Shown here: piece by piece, positions 41,672 through 51,763 of the stretch
Layout of the letters: every line of letters starts with the position of its first letter
Numbering within the stretch: position 1 is the stretch's first letter
NCBI GenBank assembly: GCA_965248925.1
Contig: CBDFLE010000006.1
Span: 1,472,001 to 1,536,000 of the forward strand
Source of the DNA: Candidatus Multivoradales bacterium
Lineage (GTDB): Bacteria; Acidobacteriota; Thermoanaerobaculia; Multivoradales; J023
Reading direction: 5' to 3'
DNA: 64,000 nt
Position numbers and translations under genes: made by a program
Notes under the pieces: generated by a model
What the model was told of the DNA's origin: nothing
The model's input: only the letters and a program-made list of their open reading frames with translations
Database searches by the model: none

Positions 41672-44146
41672 ATGCTCGGCGACACCAAGACCCTGGATGC
41701 TTCGGAACTTCCCCCCGCGACTCACCCCGACAAGGATAGCGACCCCTTGCCGCGCGGTGCCCAGCTGGGCCGCTACGTCATCTTGTCGCCGATCGGTCTC
41801 GGCGGAATGGGGCGGATTTACTCTGCCTACGATCCCGAATTGGAGCGCAAGGTAGCGCTAAAAATACTGCGCCGCCGCCTCGCTCACAGCGGCCGCGAGG
41901 CCAGAATTCGATTGCAACGCGAAGCGCAAGCGATCGCCCGCCTGACCCATCCAAACGTAGTGACGATCTTCGATGTCCAGTTGGAGACCGAGCCCGCGTT
42001 CTTGACCATGGAACTGATCGACGGCAATACTCTCGATGTCTGGTTGGCCGAGCGGCCGCGCACCTGGCGCCAAATCGTCGAGGTTTTCCTCGCCGCGGGC
42101 CAAGCCTTGGTGGCCGCCCATGACGCCGGTATCGCCCACCGCGACTTCAAACCTAGCAACGTTATGCTGGCCGCCGACGGGCGGGTCAAAGTGCTTGATT
42201 TCGGGCTCTCAAGAGCTGCTCCCGACTCTCCGAATCCAGCTTTGGGCGACACCCACTCCAGTCCCCTTGAACGCCGACTGACCGACCCCGGAGTCACCGT
42301 CGGCACTCCCGCTTACATGGCTCCAGAGCGTTACCACGCCGACGACACGGGTCCTCTGGCCGACCAGTTTGGCTTTTGCGCGGCCTTCTTTGAATCCCTC
42401 TACGGCGAACTGCCTTTCACCGGTGACAGCCTTGCGGAGCTGCGCCACAATGCTGAACACGGCCGATTGCGCGAGCCGCCGGTAAAGTCGCAGGTACCGA
42501 CCTGGTTGCTGCGCTTGCTGAGACAGGGCCTGGACGCCGACCCTCAGGCCCGTTTCGACTCGATGCGCAGTCTGCTCGAAGAGCTCAAGAGTGGGCTGGA
42601 TCGCCGGTGGCTGCGGGACCTACCCGCTTGGGGCGCCGCCGCTATGGCTTTGTGCATACCGCTAGCCTTCGCTCTGGAGGCCCTCGACAACGGCACCTAT
42701 CGCGACCAGGATCTGCTCTACCGCGACAGCACCGCCGCCCGCTTGGAAGCGATCTGGAATGAACACAGCCGGACCGAGCTACGCGCCGTTTACACCGCGA
42801 CCGGCGGGCTCGAAACCCCTCAGCTCGACCACCTGATCTCAGACCTAGATGCCTATGCCGGTGCCTGGCGGACCACCCTGGACCGCGCTTTCGAAGCCAC
42901 CTATCTCGACGGTGACCAGTCGCAGGAAGATTTCGAGCGCCAAGTCGCCTGCCTCGAAACCCGGGTTCAGGAACTCGACGCCTTGCTCGCCTTGGCCAGA
43001 ACCCAACAGCCCGGCACGCCGTGGCTATCGACCGCCCACCTGCCGGGACCGGCTGGCTGCCTCGACTGGCTAGCGCTGTCGGCACTGGCAGCGCCACCCG
43101 ACCCGGCGGCCAAGGACGGGGTCGAGAAACTGCGGGCGCAGCTCGCGCGAGTGCGAGTATTGCTCGCCAATGGTCGCTGGGACGAGGCCTTGGCGAGCGC
43201 TGAGTACGCCGAGCGAGCAGCTCGCGAGTCTGCCTATCAGCCAGTGCATGGCGAGGCTCTGATGCAACTGGCCCGGGCTCGTGGCCGCATCGAGGGCCCG
43301 GAGAAGATGGTCGAACTGCTGCTGGAGACCGTCGCCCTAGCGCACGAAACCGGCGATGGCAGACTGCTCGCCTGCTCGATGAGCTACTTGATCCAGGCCT
43401 ATACGGCCAACGGCGATTCACCCTCGGCGCACCAATGGGCGCGTTTGGCCGAGGCCGCTATTCACCGTCTCGGCACCCCGCCAAGACTGGAAGCGCGGCG
43501 ACTCTACTTGCTGGGTTTGGCCTACGGTTTTCTCGATGAGGACTACCAGACCGGTAGCGAGCTAATCGGTCGCGCGATTGCCCTGGCACCTAGCGAGACC
43601 CACATCGAACGCTCCACCCAGCTGACCAATCTGGGCAGCCTGTACATCCTGCTCGATCGGCCCGAGGAAGCGCTACAGATGTTGCGCCAAGTCGAGCCCG
43701 ACGGACAGGTGCTCAATGCCAAGCATCACCCCGGCTTTCACGTCTACCTCTGCGCCCGCGGCGAGGCGCTGCGGCTGCTGGGCAAAGCAGAGGCGATCGA
43801 CTACTTTCACCGCTGTGCCGAGCAGCGACGGTTGCTCCTGGGCGAGAACAGCCAGGCCACCGGTGCCGCTCTCGCCCGCCTGGGACAGATTCTAGAGCAA
43901 CACGGATCGGCCGCGGAAGCACGCCCCATTCTGCTCCAAGCCGCCGCCGGCCTGGGCAATTCCGAGATCGTCAGTCCATACTGGGCGCCCTACGCACTGG
44001 ACCTCGCAGAGCTGCTCTTTACCCTCGATATCGACCCTGCTGGCGCCCGCCACCTGGTACGAGCAGCCCGCGCTGGCTTCGAGCCCGAGGACGATCCGGA
44101 ACTCTATCGAGAACTCGACGCCTGGCTACTGCGCCGGGCGGAGTGA
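41672..44146 (+). CDS. Hanks-type Ser/Thr protein kinase with TM segment and C-terminal TPRs
   Basis: GLGGMG, VALK, HRDFKPSN, DFG, GTPAYMAPE; ATG after AGGAG. Confidence 0.92.
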   Translation: MLGDTKTLDASELPPATHPDKDSDPLPRGAQLGRYVILSPIGLGGMGRIYSAYDPELERKVALKILRRRLAHSGREARIRLQREAQAIARLTHPNVVTIFDVQLETEPAFLTMELIDGNTLDVWLAERPRTWRQIVEVFLAAGQALVAAHDAGIAHRDFKPSNVMLAADGRVKVLDFGLSRAAPDSPNPALGDTHSSPLERRLTDPGVTVGTPAYMAPERYHADDTGPLADQFGFCAAFFESLYGELPFTGDSLAELRHNAEHGRLREPPVKSQVPTWLLRLLRQGLDADPQARFDSMRSLLEELKSGLDRRWLRDLPAWGAAAMALCIPLAFALEALDNGTYRDQDLLYRDSTAARLEAIWNEHSRTELRAVYTATGGLETPQLDHLISDLDAYAGAWRTTLDRAFEATYLDGDQSQEDFERQVACLETRVQELDALLALARTQQPGTPWLSTAHLPGPAGCLDWLALSALAAPPDPAAKDGVEKLRAQLARVRVLLANGRWDEALASAEYAERAARESAYQPVHGEALMQLARARGRIEGPEKMVELLLETVALAHETGDGRLLACSMSYLIQAYTANGDSPSAHQWARLAEAAIHRLGTPPRLEARRLYLLGLAYGFLDEDYQTGSELIGRAIALAPSETHIERSTQLTNLGSLYILLDRPEEALQMLRQVEPDGQVLNAKHHPGFHVYLCARGEALRLLGKAEAIDYFHRCAEQRRLLLGENSQATGAALARLGQILEQHGSAAEARPILLQAAAGLGNSEIVSPYWAPYALDLAELLFTLDIDPAGARHLVRAARAGFEPEDDPELYRELDAWLLRRAE

Positions 44147-44150
44147 AGTA

Positions 44151-45224
44151 CTAAATCCGCATCAACACCGAGCCGTAGTGCAGCCCTGCGCCCAGAGCAG
44201 TGAAGGCCACCAGCGAACCTTCCGCGGCCAGGCCGGCCTGGCGTGCTTCATAAAAACACAAGGGCAGGGTGGCCGAGGTGGTATTGCCGTATTTCTGAAT
44301 GTTGTTGAAGACCTTCGCCGGCGGCAAGCGCATCTGCTTGGCGGCTGCTTCGTTGATGCGCAGATTGGCTTGGTGCATCACCAGCAGATCGAGATCCTCA
44401 AGCCCGTAGCCCGCCGATTCGAGCACCTGGCGGGTGACTTGCGGCATCTTGGTGACCGCCAACTTGAACACCGACCGCCCTTCCATAAAAGGAACAGTCT
44501 CACCACGAGCGATCATTTCCGGGGTAACGAAGGGCCGATGTACCGAACCGCCACCGGGGACATGCAGGATCTTCATGTGAGCGCCGTCGCCGTAGAGGGC
44601 GTGGCCCAGGATGCCGCGATCGTCGGCGGCGTCCGAAGCTTGGAAAACCATCGCCCCGGCGGCATCACCGAAGAGCACCAGCAAGTGACGGAACTGGCTG
44701 TTCCATTTGAATTCTTGCTCTTCGAGCGGTTCTTCTACGCGCCCGTAGAGCACGTCCCAGGTGCGCTCGGAAAAAGGCATCAGACTGGTGTGAACATCGG
44801 TGCCGACCAGCAAGACGGTCCGCGCCACGCCGCTCTTGATCAGCATGTCGACCATCTGCAGGCCGTAGGCAAAACCGGCACACTGCTGGCGAATATCGAG
44901 CGCCGGCAGGGCATCGAGTCCTAGCTTGTGCTGAATCAGGGTGGCGCTACCGGGGAAGTAGTGATCCGGGGTCATCGTCGCACAAACCAGATAGTCGACC
45001 TCGGAGGCCTCGATGCCAGCATCGGCCAGCGCCGCCCGCGCCGCCGCCGTGCCGAGATCGGAGGAGGCCACTCCCGGCTCGACATAGAAACGGGTGCGGA
45101 TGCCGCTGCGCTCGCGGATCCATTGGTCGTTGGTGTCGACAATCCGCGACAACATGTCATTGGATATTTCGAGCGGTGCGACCTCGACCCCGCAGCCTTT
45201 CATGACAGCCCGACTCTGTGCCAT
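44151..45224 (-). CDS. fabH: Beta-ketoacyl-ACP synthase III family protein
   Basis: QQCAGF, LFGDAAGA, HQANLRI and YGNT triad motifs. Confidence 0.85.
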   Translation of the reverse strand: MAQSRAVMKGCGVEVAPLEISNDMLSRIVDTNDQWIRERSGIRTRFYVEPGVASSDLGTAAARAALADAGIEASEVDYLVCATMTPDHYFPGSATLIQHKLGLDALPALDIRQQCAGFAYGLQMVDMLIKSGVARTVLLVGTDVHTSLMPFSERTWDVLYGRVEEPLEEQEFKWNSQFRHLLVLFGDAAGAMVFQASDAADDRGILGHALYGDGAHMKILHVPGGGSVHRPFVTPEMIARGETVPFMEGRSVFKLAVTKMPQVTRQVLESAGYGLEDLDLLVMHQANLRINEAAAKQMRLPPAKVFNNIQKYGNTTSATLPLCFYEARQAGLAAEGSLVAFTALGAGLHYGSVLMRI

Positions 45225-45284
45225 CTAGCCCCCTGTTCTTGCGGCACCGCGGTTGCGCCATGCCTGGTTTCTGCAAAATTGGAT

Positions 45285-45974
45285 TCAGAATCTACCGCGG
45301 CGCTGCAAGCGACGGCGCTTGGCTTCTATCGGGTCGAGGATCTTCTGACCAGTGTAGAGAACCGTCAGATCGCCCAAATCTACAAATCGGTAGCGGTGGT
45401 CCGGATGCTGACCATCGAGCCCCGGCGCGGCGTCTTTCGAGTAGTTGAAGACTTCGAGTGGCGGTAGATCGATCTTGTCCAACGTCTCGTAGGTGATCTC
45501 CTCCGGCTCGCCATAGATCACGAACACCGTGCCGCGATCGGTACGGCTGCCAGGGTAGGCCTCTTGAGTAAATCGTTTGTCGGCCTCGACCACCCGTGCG
45601 GCGTAGATCTGTCGGGGAGTCTTCTTGAAGACCTCGGTGCCCTTGTTGCGCTGAGCCCAGAAATCCTCGATGAAGGCGTCCGCTTGCTCATCGTCGGTCA
45701 GCGCTAGGTAGGCTGCGATCTCGTTCTCTGAAGCGATTCGCACCACCGGACCCACCAGCCAATGGGAGTAGTCGACACCGAGCAGAGGGTTGAACAACTC
45801 CTCCGCGGTGGGCGGCCGTTTGCGCTTCTTGCCCCGTTTGGCCTCGACCGGCACGGCCACCCAAGTGATCACCAGCACAGCGACCAACAGAGCGGCCAGC
45901 CAGCTACCGTGTTGCTGGCCCGGCGCTCGCCGCCAGCCTCTAATTGCGACGCAGGAGATCGAGAAATTCTTCAC
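45285..45974 (-). CDS. GWxTD-domain exported protein
   Basis: FIEDFWAQR, RV.EADKRF, GSRTDRGTVFVIYGEP; start uncertain (overlaps folE). Confidence 0.8.
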   Translation of the reverse strand: MKNFSISCVAIRGWRRAPGQQHGSWLAALLVAVLVITWVAVPVEAKRGKKRKRPPTAEELFNPLLGVDYSHWLVGPVVRIASENEIAAYLALTDDEQADAFIEDFWAQRNKGTEVFKKTPRQIYAARVVEADKRFTQEAYPGSRTDRGTVFVIYGEPEEITYETLDKIDLPPLEVFNYSKDAAPGLDGQHPDHRYRFVDLGDLTVLYTGQKILDPIEAKRRRLQRRGRF

Positions 45975-46566
45975 GGATCGGACGCTCGTGGAAAATGCCG
46001 CGGATCGCCGAGGTGACAGTCACACAGCCGGGTTTCTTGACTCCCCGCATCTCGACGCACAGATGCCGCGCCTCGATCACCACCATCACCCCCAGCGGGG
46101 CGAGCTTTTCGTCGAGGAAGTTGGCCACCTGCTCGGTCAGGCGCTCTTGCAGCTGCGGTCGCTTGGCGTAGAACTCCAACGTCCGCGGCAGCTTCGACAG
46201 GCCGATGATGGAATCGGTGGGCACATAGGCGATGTGGGCATGGCCGTAGAACGGCACCAGATGGTGAGAACACATGGAATAGAAAGGAATCTCCTTTTCC
46301 ATCACCATGCCACTATATCCCTCGTCATTGGGAAAGCAGGTCACCTTGGGTTGGCTGCCTTCCTGCAGACCACTGAACATTTCAGCATAGAGCTTGGCCA
46401 CGCGGATATCGGTCTCGGCGAGATTGGGATCGTTGAGATCGAGACCAAGTTCGGTCAAGATCCCGCGCACGTGGTCGGCGATTCGCTCCAGCCGCTGCTG
46501 CTCCGCCGGCTCTAGCCCGGCCAGACGCTCAGGGTTGATCTGCCGGGTGGGGTTAGCATCAATCAT
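45940..46566 (-). CDS. folE: GTP cyclohydrolase I
   Basis: SMCSHHLVPFYG, GLSKL, RPQLQERLT, HLCVEMRG. Confidence 0.95.
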   Translation of the reverse strand: MIDANPTRQINPERLAGLEPAEQQRLERIADHVRGILTELGLDLNDPNLAETDIRVAKLYAEMFSGLQEGSQPKVTCFPNDEGYSGMVMEKEIPFYSMCSHHLVPFYGHAHIAYVPTDSIIGLSKLPRTLEFYAKRPQLQERLTEQVANFLDEKLAPLGVMVVIEARHLCVEMRGVKKPGCVTVTSAIRGIFHERPIREEFLDLLRRN

Positions 46567-46674
46567 CGTAGATCAGTGTCTCCATCGGTCGATCTTATCC
46601 TACAATGGTGGCTCTCGATTCGGCGGACAGCGAGTCCGCGCCGATGCCCGACGACCAACTACAGGGGACCCCCG

Positions 46675-46905
46675 ATGGCCGACCTGCGGATCAAATACTG
46701 CGTCGTTTGAAACTACCGCCCCCGTGCCGCCGGTCTGGCGGCCGAAATCAAAGAAGGTTTTGGCTTGGAGACCAAGTTAGAGAAGGGACTCAGCGGAGCC
46801 TTCGAAGTCACTTTCCGTGACCAGCTGATCTTCTCCAAGAAAGCCCTGGGGCGCTTCCCCAAGGACGGCGAAGTGGCGACTGAAATCGCCAATCGGCTGG
46901 CCTGA
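46675..46905 (+). CDS. Rdx (SelW/SelT/SelH-like) selenoprotein, UGA at 46708-46710 read as Sec
   Basis: MADLRIKYCVVUNYRPRAAGLAAEIKE...SGAFEV...LIFSKKALGRFP; SECIS-like hairpin downstream of the UGA. Confidence 0.88.
46726..46742 (+). promoter_or_regulatory. Bacterial SECIS-like hairpin
   Basis: GCCGCC-GGTCT-GGCGGC starting 15 nt after the UGA. Confidence 0.7.
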
Positions 46906-46924
46906 AGCGACCGGCTAAGCGGCG

Positions 46925-47425
46925 TCAGCTCAGCGGCGCGCGAAACGAGCAACTCTGGCCGGCGGTCTCGCCAACGTTGACCGTCAGCACCTCGACTTGG
47001 CTGCCGACCAGCACTTCGGCGAGTTCGCGCCAGAGCATCTGCGCCAACAGCTCGATCGAGGTGTTGGCCAGCTTCAAGGTGAGAACATCTTCAGCGGGGA
47101 GCAGATAGCGGCGCTGGCAGTAAAGGACCTCGACGCCGTCGCCGACCTTGGAAACCCGTAAATGCGGGCTCTCGGTGGGAATCAGAGTCAGGCTGTCGAG
47201 GCGCTCACAAGCGGCGCGGATACGTTTTTTGACCACCACCAGATCCGCCAACAAGCCAAACGCATCCAGTTCACGGCCTTCAAGATCGGCGGTGACTTGG
47301 TAATTGTGCCCATGCAGAGTCTCGGCATCCTGCTCCCCGAAGAGGGTGAAGTGGGCGCAGGAGAACTTGAAATCTTCTTTGGCCAAATGCAGAGTGAAGC
47401 GGCTCTCTTTGGTCAACTTACCCAT
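46925..47425 (-). CDS. queD: 6-carboxy-5,6,7,8-tetrahydropterin synthase (PTPS family)
   Basis: FSCAHF, LHGHNY, NTSIELLA, ET; start MGKLTKE. Confidence 0.75.
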   Translation of the reverse strand: MGKLTKESRFTLHLAKEDFKFSCAHFTLFGEQDAETLHGHNYQVTADLEGRELDAFGLLADLVVVKKRIRAACERLDSLTLIPTESPHLRVSKVGDGVEVLYCQRRYLLPAEDVLTLKLANTSIELLAQMLWRELAEVLVGSQVEVLTVNVGETAGQSCSFRAPLS

Positions 47426-48728
47426 GCTCAACCTCGGCGGCGACCGCGTCGGTCTTGTGAGCCAGCCCGAGCGAGGCCCCGGCGCTGGACTTGGCCACCA
47501 GCTGAGCGACCACTTCCATGTGTCCGGTTTGCGGGAATAGATCAAGCAACACCAGGCTGCGCAGCTCATACGTCTTGACCAGCCGCTTGAGATCGCGAGC
47601 CAGGGTGGCGGCATTGCAAGAGACGTAGGTCAAGCGTTCAGGACGACGAATGGTGAGCAAGCTGACCACCCGCGAACTAAGGCCGGCTCGAGGCGGATCG
47701 ACCAGCACCCGGCTGGCGCCCTGCGGCAACTGTTCGATCCAAGAGTCGACCGATTGCCCGATCACCTCGATTGCCGCGTCCGGCCGCTGTTTGGCGTTGG
47801 CTCGTGCGTAGCGGGTGGCGATCCGGTCGCTCTCGACCGCGGTCACCCGCGAATAGCGGTGAGCCAGCGGCAGGCTGAACAAACCCACTCCGGCATAGAG
47901 GTCGAAGGCAAACTCGCCACTCCATGGGCCAATGGCCCGGTCGACCAGCTCGGCGGAGAGCTGCAGATGACCCTGGAAGAAACAGCGAGCATCGAGCTGG
48001 TATTGGAACTCCCCCACGGTGATCCTCAAGCGCCCGCCGGGCAATCCGGCAATCGGCGGCGCGACGGCGATCTGCTGCTCATCGCCGAGCAGCAGATCGA
48101 TACGTCGGGGGCCACCGCTCTGCAACAAGGTCGGCAGCTTGGGCAACAACTCTTCGAGCGGCGCGGCCAGCACCGGACAGCTGTCGACCGCCACCAACTG
48201 ATGACTACGACGGCCGAAATAGCCGGTCTGGAAACCGCGTTCAGGGCTCTCGGCTATCTGAAGCTGGGTCCGACGACGGTAGCCCCAAGCGGGCCCGGCC
48301 AACACCTCGACCTCGGGCGGGGCGCCAATGCCGCCGATGCGCCGCAAGGCTTCGCGCACCGCCGCCACCTTGTACTTTAGCTGCGTCGCTTCTTCCAGAT
48401 GCTGAAAATCACAACCGCCACAGCGCTCGAAATGGGGACAAGGCGGCTGCCGGCGACCCGCGCCAGGAGTGAGGATCTCGACGATCTCCGCACGGCCAAA
48501 ATCGGCTCGGCGTTCGACCAGTTCGACCGTCAAGCGGTCGCCCGGAGCCGAGCGCGGAACGAAGATGGGAATACCCTCAAAACGACCCAGCCCCTCGCCA
48601 CCAGCGACTATTTGGTCGATGGTCAGCTCGAGCTGGTCTAGATCCGCCAATCGTTCCCGAGCCCGTCGCCGACGCGGCCGGCCCGCTCGCGGCCCACTCG
48701 AGCGCGGCTCTCTGTAGTCAGTCGACAT
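47418..48728 (-). CDS. TRAM-domain RNA m5U methyltransferase (RlmD/TrmA family)
   Basis: CPHFERCGGC Fe-S motif, FFQ, DLYAGVG, DPPRAG, YVSCN, DLFPQTGH. Confidence 0.9.
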   Translation of the reverse strand: MSTDYREPRSSGPRAGRPRRRRARERLADLDQLELTIDQIVAGGEGLGRFEGIPIFVPRSAPGDRLTVELVERRADFGRAEIVEILTPGAGRRQPPCPHFERCGGCDFQHLEEATQLKYKVAAVREALRRIGGIGAPPEVEVLAGPAWGYRRRTQLQIAESPERGFQTGYFGRRSHQLVAVDSCPVLAAPLEELLPKLPTLLQSGGPRRIDLLLGDEQQIAVAPPIAGLPGGRLRITVGEFQYQLDARCFFQGHLQLSAELVDRAIGPWSGEFAFDLYAGVGLFSLPLAHRYSRVTAVESDRIATRYARANAKQRPDAAIEVIGQSVDSWIEQLPQGASRVLVDPPRAGLSSRVVSLLTIRRPERLTYVSCNAATLARDLKRLVKTYELRSLVLLDLFPQTGHMEVVAQLVAKSSAGASLGLAHKTDAVAAEVEHG

Positions 48729-48764
48729 TGCACTCAGTCGCCTAGAGACCCCACACCGTGCCGC

Positions 48765-49829
48765 CTAGATCTCGCGATAAACGAAACGGCGAATGGGGTC
48801 GAGTCGACGGCTGACGCTCTGCCAATCAGGGTCGATCCGCCACAAAGCCGCGGCCACCGACGAAAGCAGAGAATTACCGTCCTGGGGAGTAAAACAGAAG
48901 CCATGCAGATCGCGCCCGTGACGCAGCGACAGAGTCGGCAGCACCACCACCACCTGCGACAGGATGCGGCCATAGTAGCCATGGTCGCGGCCGAAGCTAA
49001 AGATCAGGTTGGCCTCCCGCTTGTCGGTCACCGCCACCAAGTGGTTGGCCCGCAAGCGCCGCGTCACCTCCTCGAGGGTGAAGTCACGCGACAACTTGAG
49101 GTTGAACCACAGCGAGTGCATGTATTGAGTGTTGAGCTTGACCGCGCTCGAGAACAAATCAAGATCCTTACCCAGGGTCTGGAACAGAGAGTGGGCATCG
49201 CGCGCGTGGTGGGTGCCAAACTCGGGGTCATCGTGCTTGCCGACGCTGGGCGCGGGAATAAAGCTGCCCACCTGGGTGATGTCGTTGGCGCGCCGCATAC
49301 AAACGAAGGAAGCCTGCTCCAGAGACAAGCTGCCATCGTCTTCCCCCGCCACCGTGTTGATGGTCGAGGTGATGCTGTGGGTGTTGCAGGAGACGATCTG
49401 CAAGAAACGGTCTTCGGCAGTATCCAAGGCACCGTCGTTGACGCCGCGGGCGTAGGGTTTGCCGAAACCAAACTCACTGCCTTGAGCGAGGAAACCCCGA
49501 GGCCCTTCGAGGGCGTTGTAGAAAGTCTCCTTGTTCTCGTTGCCCGCTGGCGTGCAGTCGATGATCACGGTGGCCCGTTCGAGCGCTTCTTGGGCCCCAT
49601 AGGTGACCTCATGCCCCATCGACTCGAACTCGTCGCGGCGCTCGCGATCGGTGGCCAGCTTGGCACCGCGGGCCATCAGATGGTTGATCTTGGCGCGATC
49701 GCTAATCAGCGGAGTGCGCTTGTGAAAGGTCACCTCGTCAATGCCGAGGCCCTTCTTGAAATCGGTGAATAGGCCGATCAGCGGCTCGCCGATCGTACCG
49801 GTACCTACGATATGAACGATGGTCTTCAT
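48765..49829 (-). CDS. Archaeal (class II) GAPDH-like NAD(P)-dependent oxidoreductase
   Basis: GTGTIG, IIDCTP, QGSE, VSCNTH, RRAND, THHARD. Confidence 0.65.
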   Translation of the reverse strand: MKTIVHIVGTGTIGEPLIGLFTDFKKGLGIDEVTFHKRTPLISDRAKINHLMARGAKLATDRERRDEFESMGHEVTYGAQEALERATVIIDCTPAGNENKETFYNALEGPRGFLAQGSEFGFGKPYARGVNDGALDTAEDRFLQIVSCNTHSITSTINTVAGEDDGSLSLEQASFVCMRRANDITQVGSFIPAPSVGKHDDPEFGTHHARDAHSLFQTLGKDLDLFSSAVKLNTQYMHSLWFNLKLSRDFTLEEVTRRLRANHLVAVTDKREANLIFSFGRDHGYYGRILSQVVVVLPTLSLRHGRDLHGFCFTPQDGNSLLSSVAAALWRIDPDWQSVSRRLDPIRRFVYREI

Positions 49830-50029
49830 CACGGTCCTCACTCGGCCGCAGGTTGGCCGCCAGGGGCATCGGACAAGCAGTCCTGGCGGTGGTCGCTGCC
49901 GGGGTCGGCAGCAGGCTGATTTTCACTGCGAAGTCCGTTTTTTGCGGCATCCCGGACGGCGCGAGACTAGCACACCGGAGCTACCAGCGCGCCACTGCGG
50001 AAGTTCATCGATCGCTTCTGCCGCAGCCT

Positions 50030-50374
50030 TCAATGCCCTGATCCGGCATGCCGCTCGCCGCCCCGCCAATTCTTATCGCGGCGCGCATACTCGTCGAGAT
50101 CAGCGGGCACCTCGAGGTGGGTGCGGGTGACTTCGCGGTCGCAAGTCTCGTTGTCGCACTCGTACGTGTAAGTATTCCAGCCGTCACCCCGGGGCTGGAA
50201 ATGGCTCAGTGTCTGGTAGGTATCGCAGTGGCCGCATTTGACCGAGAGATTGCGGATGTTGATCTGACTATGCCCACTCGTGTCGAGCGGCGGCTTTTCG
50301 ACTTCATTCATATATCTCCCAGCGGTGCCCTCGGCATCCGTCGAGTCCAGAGTCCGTTTGTTGCGAGCTGTCAT
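50030..50374 (-). CDS. Small Cys-containing (putative Zn-binding) hypothetical protein
   Basis: CGHC and CDNETC motifs, protein-like composition. Confidence 0.65.
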   Translation of the reverse strand: MTARNKRTLDSTDAEGTAGRYMNEVEKPPLDTSGHSQINIRNLSVKCGHCDTYQTLSHFQPRGDGWNTYTYECDNETCDREVTRTHLEVPADLDEYARRDKNWRGGERHAGSGH

Positions 50375-50527
50375 CCCGATCTAGATCGTCCTGGAATAGA
50401 ATCCGAGCTGGGATCTTAGAAACTCTCAGCACCAGAGTCCAATGGCCCAAGCCCAGGCAAAAAGGGCAGGAGCGGACCATCTAGCGAACTAGACCTAGAG
50501 CTGTATTGATATTATTCTCTAAGAGGG

Positions 50528-51754
50528 TTGCAGCCCGACCCGGAGACGACGATGAGAAATGCCCATGAACCACCCGGCTACCTACCGCCCGCGCCCGTGC
50601 CGCGGCGGCCCACCGTGCTGCTGCGCGGCCTGCTGGTGCTGATCTACCTGCTCGTTTGCCAGCAGTCGTTGATTGCCGACAGCGCGATCGACGACCGTGC
50701 CGTTGACGACCGTGCCAGCGAAGACCGTGCCAGCAAAGACAGCGCAGCCAATCTACCTAGCTTGAGCTTCTCCGACGAAGCCTCGGTCGCCTGGGTGTTG
50801 GTGCCGGTCACGGTGCGCAATCAGCGCGGCGATTTGGTCGAGGATCTTGAAATCAGTGATTTCCGGCTGCTGCTCGACGAGCGGGAAATCCTGATCGAGA
50901 GCTTCGATCACGGCGGCGATCAAGCAGTCAGCCTAATCCACTTGCAAGACTTGTCGGGCAGCATGGCCAACGGTACCAAGTTGGCGGTTAGCCGTCAGAC
51001 ACTGCGCTTCTTCCTCGATCGGGCCACCGCTGGCGACGAATTCGCCCTCGCTACTTTCGCCGCCGGCCGCACCCGAGTCGCAGTACCCTTTACCGACCAG
51101 GTAAGTCTGCTGCGGCAGCAAATGGACCAGTGGAACGGCTGGGGAACCACCGCTCTGCACGACGCCGTCGCCTGGTTACCAGACATCAAGACCGCCGGCC
51201 GCAACCCCAAGCGTGGCGCCCTGCTGCTAACCGATGGCGCCGACAACGCGAGCCAGCTCGCGCCGGCCTTTGCTCGCCGGGTGGTGCGCCAAGCCGAGCT
51301 GCCGATCTACGTGCTCGACCTGAGCGGCGGTCCACGGCCCGGCGAATCCCGCGCCAACCGCGAACTGCTGCGGCGCCTGGCCGCCACCAGCGGCGGTCGC
51401 TACTTCTCCATCAACACCAGCACAATCGACCCCGACGCCACCACCACCGAGGCCTCGACAGCAGCCGGCTGGCTGGCAGCCTGCCAAGCCATAGCCGAAG
51501 AATTGCGCTACCAGTATGTGCTCGGTTTTCAAACCCGCGCCGACGGCGGCACCGCCTACCACCCGCTGCAAGTGCAGGTGAAGCGCTCACGACTCGCCGT
51601 ACAACACCGCCAGGGATACCGCGGTTCGTTGCCCGGTACGCTGCGCCCGGCTCGGCTCGGCCGACGAACCTCAAGTCACCAAAGCCCGCCACGGACGCCG
51701 CTTTTGATGTCCGCGCTCGGCGACATTTTCCCGGTCCGCAACCCCACCCCATAG
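50528..51754 (+). CDS. Acidobacterial-type VWA-domain protein
   Basis: VPVTVRN, DLSGSM MIDAS, TALHDA, LLTDG.DN, SGGR, ELRYQYVLG. Confidence 0.88.
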   Translation: MQPDPETTMRNAHEPPGYLPPAPVPRRPTVLLRGLLVLIYLLVCQQSLIADSAIDDRAVDDRASEDRASKDSAANLPSLSFSDEASVAWVLVPVTVRNQRGDLVEDLEISDFRLLLDEREILIESFDHGGDQAVSLIHLQDLSGSMANGTKLAVSRQTLRFFLDRATAGDEFALATFAAGRTRVAVPFTDQVSLLRQQMDQWNGWGTTALHDAVAWLPDIKTAGRNPKRGALLLTDGADNASQLAPAFARRVVRQAELPIYVLDLSGGPRPGESRANRELLRRLAATSGGRYFSINTSTIDPDATTTEASTAAGWLAACQAIAEELRYQYVLGFQTRADGGTAYHPLQVQVKRSRLAVQHRQGYRGSLPGTLRPARLGRRTSSHQSPPRTPLLMSALGDIFPVRNPTP

Positions 51755-51763
51755 AGGAGCCTG

